DNA of 64,000 nucleotides from Escherichia coli (GTDB lineage Bacteria; Pseudomonadota; Gammaproteobacteria; Enterobacterales; Enterobacteriaceae): NCBI RefSeq assembly GCF_965641715.1, contig NZ_OZ282453.1; one strand, 5' to 3'. Shown piece by piece: positions 48,410 to 61,553 of this stretch (position 1 is its first letter; each line of letters starts with the position of its first letter). The notes under the pieces were generated by a model. It saw only the letters and a program-made list of their open reading frames with translations, ran no database searches and was not told where the DNA came from. The position numbers and the translations under genes were made by a program.

Positions 48410-48763
48410 TCAGCGGCGACGGTTAACGGCAGGCGGTACGCCCCGCCCAAGCCAGAGATGACAGCTTCCACCATCATCCGGCGAAACCCGGTCTATCCAG
48501 AAGTTTTCCTCACCGATGGTCAGCGTGTCTCCACGCCGCAGCTGCCGCACCTCATCAGTCCGGACAAACAGGAACGGGCTGGAGCCTTCAACGCGCACGC
48601 CCTGTCCGGCATAGCTGATATTTTCAGGGTCATCAAAAACACCACGTATCACAGCACCGGACTGCTCACCGGATGTCATGGTGGCTGACGTTCCCATGTA
48701 CCCGCGTATCGTTTCATCGGCGCAGGCAATGGCAGCATCGAACAGGTTATCGAAATCAGCCAC
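48410..48763 (-). CDS. head-tail joining protein FII
   Basis: 117 aa, MADFDNLFDAAIACADETIRGYMGTSA. Confidence 0.85.
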   Translation of the reverse strand: MADFDNLFDAAIACADETIRGYMGTSATMTSGEQSGAVIRGVFDDPENISYAGQGVRVEGSSPFLFVRTDEVRQLRRGDTLTIGEENFWIDRVSPDDGGSCHLWLGRGVPPAVNRRR

Positions 48764-48774
48764 AGCGCCTCCCG

Positions 48775-49170
48775 TTATTGCATTCTGGCCAGGCCACGTT
48801 CTGTCATTTCGGCTGCCACACCGGCAGAGACACGAAACGCCGTTCCCGGCAGCACAAATGCCACAGGTTCATCCCGCGAGGCGTGAAGTGCATCAGTATG
48901 CAGCGTCACCAGTGCCACGACCGTGACCAGAGCAGCCGTATCAGTCACGGTACCTGGCTGCGCTGACACCACCTCATTTTCATGCCCGGTCAGCGCATTT
49001 TCCGGGCTGACAGACGTGTCCTGACCGGCAGCGTCATCCGTGTCATCAAGCTCCTCTTCCAGCTCTGCCACACGGAGCGCCAGTTCTTCTTTCGTCCCCG
49101 TCAGGCTGACATCACGGTTCAGTTGCTCACCCAGCACCTGAAGACGGGCAATCAGTTCATCTTTCGTCAT
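48775..49170 (-). CDS. DNA packaging protein FI (start at MTKDELIARL)
   Basis: MTKDELIARLQVLGEQLNRDVSLTGTKEELALRVAELEEELDD. Confidence 0.8.
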   Translation of the reverse strand: MTKDELIARLQVLGEQLNRDVSLTGTKEELALRVAELEEELDDTDDAAGQDTSVSPENALTGHENEVVSAQPGTVTDTAALVTVVALVTLHTDALHASRDEPVAFVLPGTAFRVSAGVAAEMTERGLARMQ

Positions 49171-49211
49171 GGACTCCTCCACAGAGAAACAATGGCCCCG
49201 AAGGGCCACGA

Positions 49212-50237
49212 TTACGCCAGTTGTACGGACACGAACTCATCAGGGTCAGCCAGCAGCATCAGCGGTGCTGACTGAATCATAGTGAACTCACGCGCCGGAT
49301 CGCCGGATGTCTTCCAGTTTTTCGGATAATGGGGAGACGCATTAATACCCTCACTCAATGCATCCGCATCCTGAATACAACCATAGGTGCGCAGACCGCG
49401 TGCCTGAGTGTTCCCCAGTACCATCGTGTTGTCCGGCAGAAAGTTCTTTTTGACGCCGTTTTCCACGTACTGTCCGGAATACACGACGATGGCCACATCG
49501 CCATACATCCCCTTATAGGACACCGCTTTACCCAGGTCTTTTACCGCTGTCTCCAGCTCGGAATGAGAGCCGCGACGGGTATCCAGCTTCTCCCTGACGG
49601 CTTTGAAGGAACGGAACAGCGCCCAGCCTTTCGGATCAAACACGATGATATTCACCACACCGCTGGCGTTCAGCGCGTAGGCTTCGATATCGTCGGTCGG
49701 GTCATACGTGGACTTGTCGCGATTGCTCCACTCCGTGCCGCCGGACTGTGTGATGTTATTCGCCTCACTGCGGCCCATATCCACCTCAACCGGATCGAAG
49801 GCTTCACCGGTCATGGTGTATTTGCCCTTAAGCACAGCAGAAACGGCCTGCATCTCTTCGACCTGAGCAATGGCAAGCTCCTCGTCTCGCATGTTCTGCA
49901 TGATGATGCGACGGCGGCGGTAAGCCGGGTCCGCCAGATTCTGTGGATCTTCATCCGGCAGGCGACGCAGGGTCATCTGCGGATTCACCTCATGCTTGGG
50001 CTTGACATATCCCGGTGTAAATTCAGAGGTGGAGCCGCCACGGGAGCGGATAACCTCACCGGAAACAATCGGCGAAACGTACAGCGCCATGTTTACCAGT
50101 CCCGGAATTTGTGAGAGATAGACTTTCTCCGTGGTGAAGGGATAGCTCTCACGGAAAAAGAGACGCAGAAACAGCGGATCAAACTTAAATTTCTGCTCAT
50201 TTGCCGCCAGCAGCTGGGCGGTTGTGTACATCGACAT
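49212..50237 (-). CDS. major capsid protein E (start at MSMYTTAQL)
   Basis: MSMYTTAQLLAANEQKFKFDPLFLRLFFRESYPFTTEKVYLSQIPGL. Confidence 0.95.
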   Translation of the reverse strand: MSMYTTAQLLAANEQKFKFDPLFLRLFFRESYPFTTEKVYLSQIPGLVNMALYVSPIVSGEVIRSRGGSTSEFTPGYVKPKHEVNPQMTLRRLPDEDPQNLADPAYRRRRIIMQNMRDEELAIAQVEEMQAVSAVLKGKYTMTGEAFDPVEVDMGRSEANNITQSGGTEWSNRDKSTYDPTDDIEAYALNASGVVNIIVFDPKGWALFRSFKAVREKLDTRRGSHSELETAVKDLGKAVSYKGMYGDVAIVVYSGQYVENGVKKNFLPDNTMVLGNTQARGLRTYGCIQDADALSEGINASPHYPKNWKTSGDPAREFTMIQSAPLMLLADPDEFVSVQLA

Positions 50238-50292
50238 AAAAAAATCCCGTAAAAAAAGCCGCACATGCGGCCTTTAGTGATGAAGGGTCAGG

Positions 50293-50625
50293 TTAAACGA
50301 TGCTGATTGCCGTTCCGGCAAACGCGGTCCGTTTTTTCGTCTCGTCGCTGGCAGCCTCCGGCCAGAGCACATCCTCATAACGGAACGTGCCGGACTTGTA
50401 GAACGTCAGTGTGGTGCTGGTCTGGTCAGCATCAACCGCCAGAATGCCAACGGCAGCACCGTCGGTGGTGCCATCCCACGCAACCAGCTTACGGGTGGAG
50501 GTATCCGGCATCAGCGGGGTCATTGCAGGCGCTTTCGCACTCAATCCGCCGGGCGCGGTTGCGGTATGAGCCGGGTCACTGTTGCCCAGCGGCTGGTAAT
50601 GGGTAAAGGTTTCTTTGCTCGTCAT
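50293..50625 (-). CDS. capsid decoration protein D
   Basis: [39 protein letters not shown]. Confidence 0.9.
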   Translation of the reverse strand: MTSKETFTHYQPLGNSDPAHTATAPGGLSAKAPAMTPLMPDTSTRKLVAWDGTTDGAAVGILAVDADQTSTTLTFYKSGTFRYEDVLWPEAASDETKKRTAFAGTAISIV

Positions 50626-50634
50626 AAACATCCC

Positions 50635-51934
50635 TTACACTGGTGTGTTCAGCAAATCGTTAACGGCATCAGATGCCGGGTTACCTGCAGCCAGCGGTGC
50701 CGGTGCCCCCTGCATCAGACGATCCAGCGCAGTGTCACTGCGCGCCTGTGCACTCTGTGGTGCTGCGGCCAGAATGCGGCGGGCCGTTTCCACGGTCATA
50801 CCGGGGGTTTCGGCCAGCACGCGGGCCTGTTCTTCGCGTCCGTGAGCCTCCTCACAGTTGAGGATCCCCATAATGCGGCTGTTTTCTGCCGCAACCGCAG
50901 CGGTGATCTGCGCGTTCACGTCCGGCTGCGCCGCGCTGGCGTTTTCGCCCTCCGTCGCTGGCACCACGTCAGTAACGTCAGCCTGCGAAGCAGTGGCTGA
51001 AACAGTTGTTGATTGAGTCTCTTTGGTCATTCGCCCTCCTGAGAGACGGGATTTACGTGCATCCAGTGCATCACGCATAACGGTGATCGCATCGGTGCTG
51101 TTGACAAGTTCATCAGCCAGTCCGGCATCAATGGCCTCCTGACCGCTGTACACTGCAGCCTCGGTATCCAGCACAGCCTGCACGGACAGGCCGGTATATG
51201 CCGACACCTTCTGCGCAAACATCCGGCGGGTTGCATCCATCCGGGACTGCAGTGTCTCCCGGACGTCATCCGGAAGATGGCTGTAGGGGTTGCCATCCAC
51301 CTTATGGCTGCCGCTGTAAATCAGCGTGATTTCCACACCCTGTTTCTCCAGCGCAGCACCGTAATTACTGTGAGCCATCATGACGCCGATGGAGCCTGTC
51401 CGGGCGGTCTGCGTGACCAGACGCCGGGAGGCGGCGCTGGCAAGCAGCTGACCTGCACTGCAGTTCATGTCGTTGGCCAGCGCCCATACCGGTTTTATGT
51501 CTCGCACACGGGCGATGATGTCAGCACAGTCAAATGCTCCCGCCACCATCCCGCCCGGTGTGTCCATATCGAGCAGAATGCCGTCCACCATCGGATCGCT
51601 GGCAGCCTGTTGCAGACGGGCGATAATGCCGTTGTAACCGGTCATTCCCGAATACGGCTGCAGCGCCCGCGTCCGGCTGACCAGCGTACCGGACACCGGC
51701 AGCACGGCGATGCCGTTCATGACCTGATAACTGCGGGCCTGTCGTGGTCCGTCATCATCACCGGATAACGCCAGCGCCGCGGGTGCCTCTCCGGCAGTCA
51801 GGCTGTCGCCGGACACCGCATCCGTCAGGCGACTGATCCCAAGCTGGCCTGCAAGCGCACAAAAGAAAACCCGCGCATAGGCGGGTTCAAGCATCAGCGG
51901 CTCATTAAAAGCCATGCTGGCAATATGCGGGAGA

Positions 51935-51954
<20 letters not shown>
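50635..51954 (-). CDS. capsid assembly protease C with nested in-frame scaffold Nu3 (probable GTG start at VTAELRNL)
   Basis: ClpP/SppA-like protease region then Ala-rich scaffold tail; overlaps B end. Confidence 0.9.
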
Positions 51955-55635
<3,681 letters not shown>

Positions 55636-55661
<26 letters not shown>

Positions 55662-56181
55662 TCAGCAACCCCGGTATCAGTTCATCCAGCGCGGCTGCTT
55701 TGTTCATGGCTTTGATGATATCCCGTTTCAGGAAATCAACATGTCGGTTTTCCAGTTCCGGAAAACGCCGCTGCACCGACAGGGGGATCCCGTCGAGAAT
55801 ACTGGCAATTTCACCTGCGATCCGCGACAGCACGAAAGTACAGAATGCGGTTTCCACCACTTCAGCTGAGTCTCTGGCATTCTTCAGTTCCTGTGCGTCG
55901 GCCTGCGCACGCGTAAGTCGATGGCGTTCGTACTCAATAGTCCCTGGCTGGAGATCTGCCTCGCTGGCCTGGCGCAGTTCTTCAACCTCCCGGCGCAGCT
56001 TTTCGTTCTCAATTTCAGCATCCCTTTCGGCATACCATTTTATAACGGCGGCAGAGTCATAAAGCACCTCATTACCCTTGCCACCGCCTCGCAGAACGGG
56101 CATTCCCTGTTCCTGCCAGTTCTGAATGGTACGGATACTCGCACCGAAAATGTCAGCCAGCTGCTTTTTGTTGACTTCCAT
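55636..56181 (-). CDS. terminase small subunit Nu1
   Basis: 181 aa, MEVNKKQLADIFGASIRTIQNWQEQGMPVLRGGGKGNEVLYD. Confidence 0.9.
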
Positions 56182-56400
56182 TGTTCATTCCACGGCCAAA
56201 AACAGAGAAAGGAAACGACAAAGGCCCAAAAGTTCGTTTTCAGCACCTGTCGTTTCCTTTCTTTTCAGGGGGTATTTTAAATAAAAACATTAAGTTACGG
56301 CGAAGAAGAACGGAAACGCCTTAAACCGGAAAATTTTCATAAATAGCGAAAACCCGCGCGCCTGACGCCCCGTAGCATGCTGGCTCACCGGAAAGGACCC
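56182..56400 (-). other. cos region (cosB/cosN/cosQ) with a variant cohesive-end sequence
   Basis: sequence upstream of Nu1 closely matches the reverse complement of the lambda left end (ggtattttaaataaaaacattaagtta..gaagaagaacggaaacgccttaaaccggaaaattttcataaatagcgaaaacccgcg) but the cosN 12-mer region reads cgcctgacgccc. Confidence 0.5.
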
Positions 56401-56887
56401 GCAAACAACAGGAATTATCGATATCAAATATCAATGTCTCAACCTGGTGAGGTGACAAACGAATTAATGTAAATTTGAGAGCGTAGCAACCATTCGGACA
56501 CGCTAATCTCAGAGCCACCATGAGACACCTCATAATCAATAGTAATTCATCGAGCTCCAGCCAGTCGCTTGTTTCAGTAGAAAAGCCAACTGTATATACT
56601 GGTAATCCGATACACTTTCAACTAGTCGGAAATTTTTAAACACTTCACAAATTGTACGTGTAAAGAATAGCTTAAAGTAATATATAATCCGTTTCTTTGC
56701 CGATTGTCTTACGTCTGTCTCACAATCTTTAATATGGTGTATCTGCAATAACTTCTATCCATATGAGTAAGAAGATACAATCCACCATCAAATATCATTG
56801 ATTAACCACTTAATAATACATCCACGAAATCGTTTTATTTGTTAAACTACAGCAGTCTGTTATTGATAGACCGCTGTAACAAAAGTC

Positions 56888-57904
56888 TTAATTGGATGAA
56901 AAGTAAAGAGTTGTACTGGGGTATGCAAAATCTGCTTTGTGATTATGCACAATATCAACAATTCTCAGATAAACTTTTTGCTGAATGTCAAGCCACTCCT
57001 CCCAGTCCCTTGTATAAGTGAAACAATACACCATAATATTCAATGAGGAATCCCCAAACTCGTTAAAATAAACAAGCAACGTCTGTCTTTGATCTATACT
57101 CTCTTCATGCATAAGATAATTACGAATATCTTCCACAATGAGCGAAATTTTTTTAGAATCCTCATATCGTAAACCAATCGTTGTTTTTATTCTCCTATTA
57201 GTCATTCTACCAGGGTTTTCTAAAGAAATATCAGAAAATAATGAGTTTGGGATATACATTGGCCTGTTTTCAAAAGTAATTACCTTTGTCAATCTCCAGC
57301 CGATTTCAGCAACAACACCCTCGATATTTCTATCCGGTGAACGAATCCAATCACCAATGTTAAATGGACGATCAAAATATAGCATAACACCAGAGAAGAA
57401 ATTACTTAGAATATCTTTGCCAGCCATGCCAACAGCGATACCCCCAATCCCACCAAAGGCAAGCAACCCGGAAAAACTCATGCCAACTTGCTGGCCGAAA
57501 ACCAATAAAGATATCAATAAAACTATTATTTTTAGAACTTTTGAAATTACTCTTGAATCAGTTACATCACGCCCTTTACTTACTTGCCTTCTCTCTAAAT
57601 AATCAATAACAATAAATGCCTTTCGTATAAAAACAGTAACAATCAACAATATTGAAAGTATCCTTACCACTGTCCTGGAAAGATATTTTATGTGAAAACC
57701 ATCGATTAAAAAAGACAAGTAATCTCCGATCAAAATAATAATACACGACCAGAGAAGTAAACTTAACAAACATCCAATAACTATGTAGTTCTTCTTACTA
57801 AAGCGAACCATGTAAAAATTAACAACAAGCGCAACAATAGCCAACAGCATAAAAATTACGCCAAGTGAGTTATGAATAAAAACATCGCGAAACATCAATA
57901 TCAC
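56888..57904 (-). CDS. MscS-family mechanosensitive-channel-like membrane protein (YnaI-like), low-GC prophage cargo
   Basis: 338 aa, N-terminal TM helices then GGIGGIAVGMAGKDILSNFFSGVMLYFDRPFNIGDWI...NRPMYIPNSLF and C-terminal MscS beta/alpha-beta domains; AT-rich flanks. Confidence 0.75.
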   Translation of the reverse strand: MILMFRDVFIHNSLGVIFMLLAIVALVVNFYMVRFSKKNYIVIGCLLSLLLWSCIIILIGDYLSFLIDGFHIKYLSRTVVRILSILLIVTVFIRKAFIVIDYLERRQVSKGRDVTDSRVISKVLKIIVLLISLLVFGQQVGMSFSGLLAFGGIGGIAVGMAGKDILSNFFSGVMLYFDRPFNIGDWIRSPDRNIEGVVAEIGWRLTKVITFENRPMYIPNSLFSDISLENPGRMTNRRIKTTIGLRYEDSKKISLIVEDIRNYLMHEESIDQRQTLLVYFNEFGDSSLNIMVYCFTYTRDWEEWLDIQQKVYLRIVDIVHNHKADFAYPSTTLYFSSN

Positions 57905-58412
57905 CTATATATCAACTACATAGAAATACTACCACCCCCTTCACAAAAAAAACAAGCAAGTAAGCACATCTTTATTTGTAAAACAATTATACATTAGGCC
58001 AAATCGACGAAAACAATCATACATTCTCATTTTACAATAAAGAATTTCTAAAACAAAAAGATACTTATATAAAATCAGCAATACGGCGCTTTCAGGTTAT
58101 ATATGCTCCATACCCCTTTACGAAGGGGAAACCAATAAACCAATCTGATGACCTAGTCAACCAATGGATGCTCAATACGTTCACCATTTTTAGCAATTTC
58201 CACTCATACAGTCAGAAATTAAACAAGCTGTGATCATATTCATGGTTTATTCCTTTTAGTGATGAACCTTGCGCACAGGAATAACCAGCCAGAGAGGGTT
58301 AACCAGACCACTACCGGTTTTCCTCAAGACTCATCCTGAAAGGTTCTCTGTTCTGTATGCACTGTGCGAAGTGCAAAAAATAAGGCCGCAGAAGCGACCT
58401 TTTCCGATGCGT

Positions 58413-58967
58413 TTACAAACCAACACGCGCTTTCATCCAGCCATAGACAAAGGACTCGTTAGCCTCACGTTTCTCTGCCAGCGCCAGATAACGCTCCCCC
58501 TGTGTACAGTTCAGTGCTGTCAGCATCACCAGTTCGCCATCTTTACCGCGTTTTTCCAGGAATACACGTAGTGCGTTAATGGTTCGTGGGCCGATACACC
58601 CGTCTGTATCCATGTCCGGATACAGCATCCCCTTCTGGTTAAATACATTCAGCCAGCGCTGAAGCATCTTTGCCGCAACTGCCGGCCCCATGTTCACACC
58701 CGTGTCGCAAAGCTCTGCGGCAATGTCCGCAGACAGGTTTGCCACCTTGTCGAAATTCGGTCCGTACCAGTAGTCTGCCTCCAGAATTTCCAGCGCCTGC
58801 CCGCGGCTCAAATCACGCATATCGCCACGGTACCCATGTGACCGCGCCACTTTTTCAGTTATGCCCCACTTCGTTGCACCACCTGTATCGTCAGGGTGAC
58901 TGACGTAGCCCCCCTCTTTTCCCAGGATTTCATCAAAAACTTCATCTCTCGATTTCATATCAGCCAC
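58413..58967 (-). CDS. putative endolysin (GH108-like muramidase with C-terminal peptidoglycan-binding domain)
   Basis: N-terminal EGGYVSHPDDTGGATKWGIT motif typical of the GH108 family; last gene of an overlapping three-gene cassette. Confidence 0.55.
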   Translation of the reverse strand: MADMKSRDEVFDEILGKEGGYVSHPDDTGGATKWGITEKVARSHGYRGDMRDLSRGQALEILEADYWYGPNFDKVANLSADIAAELCDTGVNMGPAVAAKMLQRWLNVFNQKGMLYPDMDTDGCIGPRTINALRVFLEKRGKDGELVMLTALNCTQGERYLALAEKREANESFVYGWMKARVGL

Positions 58968-59247
58968 TCAGTAAGGCAAAAATTTTTGAAACATTACCGC
59001 GCGCACGAACAACCAGCACGCAGAACACCAGATTAATCATGACGACCAGCCAGTTACCGGGAAGGATTGTGCCGCAGAGAAAGGCAAGTGGCGGAAGTGC
59101 ATATACCGTCATCAGCAGCCAGGCCAGCAATGACACCAGCGGCTTATGTCTGGAATCACGACGACGATAAAAAAATAGCGTTGGCACGATAAACGAGCAC
59201 AACGCTACATTCAGCAATCCGGGAAGATTATTTGCCATTACCACCAC
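58960..59247 (-). CDS. small lysis-cassette membrane protein (holin/antiholin-like)
   Basis: 95 aa, 2-3 hydrophobic helices, start overlaps upstream gene stop and stop overlaps endolysin start. Confidence 0.4.
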   Translation of the reverse strand: MVVMANNLPGLLNVALCSFIVPTLFFYRRRDSRHKPLVSLLAWLLMTVYALPPLAFLCGTILPGNWLVVMINLVFCVLVVRARGNVSKIFALLSG

Positions 59248-59749
59248 CTCCCCGTTGACGGGAGAACAGACCGGATACCAGCGATGTAATATCCTGCTGA
59301 TGGATGAATGACAGGACCTTTACTGAAACCACCGACACCAGTACTGCACACAACGCATCAACGGAAGCGCTGTCAAACCCAATACGCTCCGCCATATACC
59401 CCGCCACACCACGGGCCCCAAGAACACCAACAATAAAGGACACCAAGAAATGTGCAGCCACACGCCAGGCTGAAAGCGTCTGCGGCATTGTTGCCACAAA
59501 CAGCGCACCGGCAAAGGCACCAAACACAATCCCGAAATCCGTTCCGGTGAACAGCCCGAATACCGTCGCCCCGCCGAGCGCCGCGGCCGTACCGGAACCG
59601 GACAAGGGTTCAGACATACCTTTTTTCTCCTGTAAATAAAAAAGAGCCACCAGCGGCCCACCAAAAAACACCCCGTCAAAGACACCTGCACCCACAGATG
59701 CCTTTTGTGTGGTGTTATTCAGATTTGCGCAGTAAAGGCCAGAGAACAA
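59228..59749 (-). CDS. putative holin-like membrane protein (probable internal start near MSEPLSG)
   Basis: Gly/Ala-rich TM segments, first gene of the lysis cassette. Confidence 0.4.
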   Translation of the reverse strand: MFSGLYCANLNNTTQKASVGAGVFDGVFFGGPLVALFYLQEKKGMSEPLSGSGTAAALGGATVFGLFTGTDFGIVFGAFAGALFVATMPQTLSAWRVAAHFLVSFIVGVLGARGVAGYMAERIGFDSASVDALCAVLVSVVSVKVLSFIHQQDITSLVSGLFSRQRGGGGNGK

Positions 59750-59863
59750 CCATCACCATCGCTACCAGCACGCCATCAGCCAGAACCGACATCAGCCGTC
59801 CGGCAAAATCTACTGCCACTACCAGAAACAGCAGGATGGCAGCCAGCACAAGACGTGCACTTT

Positions 59864-60289
59864 TCACAGATACTGCTCCAGTGGTAACTGAAGCGCCTGT
59901 GCAATTTTCTTGAGCTGCGCTTCTTCATCCGGACTAATGCTATCCTGGTCAGCGATATCCAGACAGAGGCACAGTACGTCAACCGCCTCTGTTGTCCCTG
60001 CCACGTCAGCCAGCTGACGGAGGGCTTCAGCATTGGCAGAACGCGGGGATGCTTCATAACGGGCGCGGATATTGGCGCTCATCTGGGCAATCTCACCTGA
60101 GAACAGCGCAAAGGCCGGAAGTGCTGCAATGGTTTTCTCCAGCACTGCGATTTCTTTCGCGTCGCAGGTACCGTCAGCATATGCAATGGAATATGCGCCC
60201 CAGACGGTCGCTTCCACCGCATCGCGATTTTCCATCTTCTTCACCTCAACAATCGCCTTGCAGGTTTTCTTTTTGAAAATACCAAACAT
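59864..60289 (-). CDS. TerB-like or DjlA-N-like domain protein of unknown function (start MFGIFKKK with RBS aaggaa; track ORF extends to 60409)
   Basis: about 141 aa; internal repeats and acidic C-terminus; sits where Stx phages carry stx. Confidence 0.3.
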   Translation of the reverse strand: MFGIFKKKTCKAIVEVKKMENRDAVEATVWGAYSIAYADGTCDAKEIAVLEKTIAALPAFALFSGEIAQMSANIRARYEASPRSANAEALRQLADVAGTTEAVDVLCLCLDIADQDSISPDEEAQLKKIAQALQLPLEQYL

Positions 60290-60779
60290 CGTGACGTTTC
60301 CTTTTAGTGGGAGAGCCTCGCCCCGGGATGAGCAGCCCACAGAGAAAGTCACACCGACCATCCCGTAAGCTCCCCCCCCCTGAAAGGCTCTGTGGTTTTT
60401 GATGTGCACCGGACGTGGCGCGGATATGAAAAAAGCTCGCAGTAGCGGGCCTGGCTACAGGCAAAAAAATACCCGTCCGGAGACGGGCTAACACATTCAA
60501 CATGTAAGAGTGGAACAGCGTTTATTTTAAGTATGGTCGCCGCCAGAATGAGTCGTCAGATTGCAACGCAATTCTGGCAAATCGCAGGCACCAAAACAGG
60601 CAACGACTCATTCTGGCAACGACTTTTTTCCAATAACGCAACTTCATGAACAAAAAAAAGAACAGCACTGTATCCGCTATTGCAGAATGGAGAACAATAA
60701 AAAACCTGAACTATTATTCAACTCGGAAAACCGCCAGTGCTGTAAAAGTCCGTCAGAAATAAAACAATGAAGTTGTGGA

Positions 60780-60856
60780 GAACAGGAATCGAACCTGCAT
60801 CGCCAACCCAGAAGGCTGCGGTAATAGCTACTATACGATACCTGAATAAAGAGCAG
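60780..60856 (-). tRNA. tRNA-like sequence, possibly a degenerate or partial Arg tRNA (argN/argO-like)
   Basis: minus strand has a canonical T-arm GCAGGTTCGATTCCTG and a CTTCTGG loop-like segment, but I could not fold a full cloverleaf or find a matching 5' acceptor strand. Confidence 0.3.
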
Positions 60857-61437
60857 GCCTCCGTAACCACAATAATGATACTGATAACAGACCTTCAATA
60901 TGATTGAACGGAAGCCTACAATGAACCGCAAGACAGCGGGGAACACCGCTGTGAACATAAACTTGCTGTCTTCCGGGTCGGGAGTAATATTACCGATAAT
61001 TCATATGACATCAAAAACTAATTAGTTTTCAGATTTAAAAATATGTATAAATCTGTATCAATTACATACAGTTTATGTTATTCCATCCAGAATTCTGATT
61101 TCGCACAGGAGATTGCGTAAAAACTAACACAAATATAAACGATTTGGGAACACACTGATTCAGTTGTCGCAATAAATAACAGGAAACACTCCGGGAATAA
61201 CAGATCGCAAGACTTACATCAGCAGGAGTTTTTGCAACATTTAACGTTAATTGTATCGTTGATAGAAAATCTATGACGCAATATGGTGAACTAACAGAGC
61301 CTGACGAATATCCCAATTACGCCGAGCTAATAGCGCTGCCAGCTAAACTTGCATGGAATGGTCCGCCACCGGGTGCTCGAACCTCGCACAATCAACTTAG
61401 AAGGCTGATGCTCTATCCAGATGAGCTGGTGGCGGAA

Positions 61438-61513
61438 TGGTGGCCCTTGCTGGATTTGAACCAGCGACCTGGCGATTATGAGTCGCTCGCTCTAACCACT
61501 GAGCTAAAGGGCC
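61438..61513 (-). tRNA. tRNA with CAU anticodon, closest to minor isoleucine tRNA (ileX/ileZ-like); could alternatively read Met
   Basis: minus strand GGCCCTTTAGCTCAGTGGTTAGAGCGAGCGACTCATAATCGCCAGGTCGCTGGTTCAAATCCAGCAAGGGCCACCA folds as a cloverleaf with 7-bp acceptor stem and encoded CCA. Confidence 0.8.
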
Positions 61514-61553
61514 GGGCGCAGGATAATAACGGTACGTAACTAATTCTGCAAGT

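Noticed and set aside
56321-56748. Two small minus-strand ORFs (72 and 70 aa) at or next to cos
   Set aside because: One spans the cos site itself; neither has a convincing RBS or recognisable domain. Kept only as a low-priority possibility.
58269-58571. Plus-strand 100-aa ORF overlapping the endolysin 3' end
   Set aside because: Antisense to the endolysin gene, with no supporting signals.
59864-61430. Shiga toxin genes at the canonical Stx-phage position
   Set aside because: No ORF in this interval resembles StxA or StxB; the only sizeable ORF is the unrelated 141-181-aa protein.
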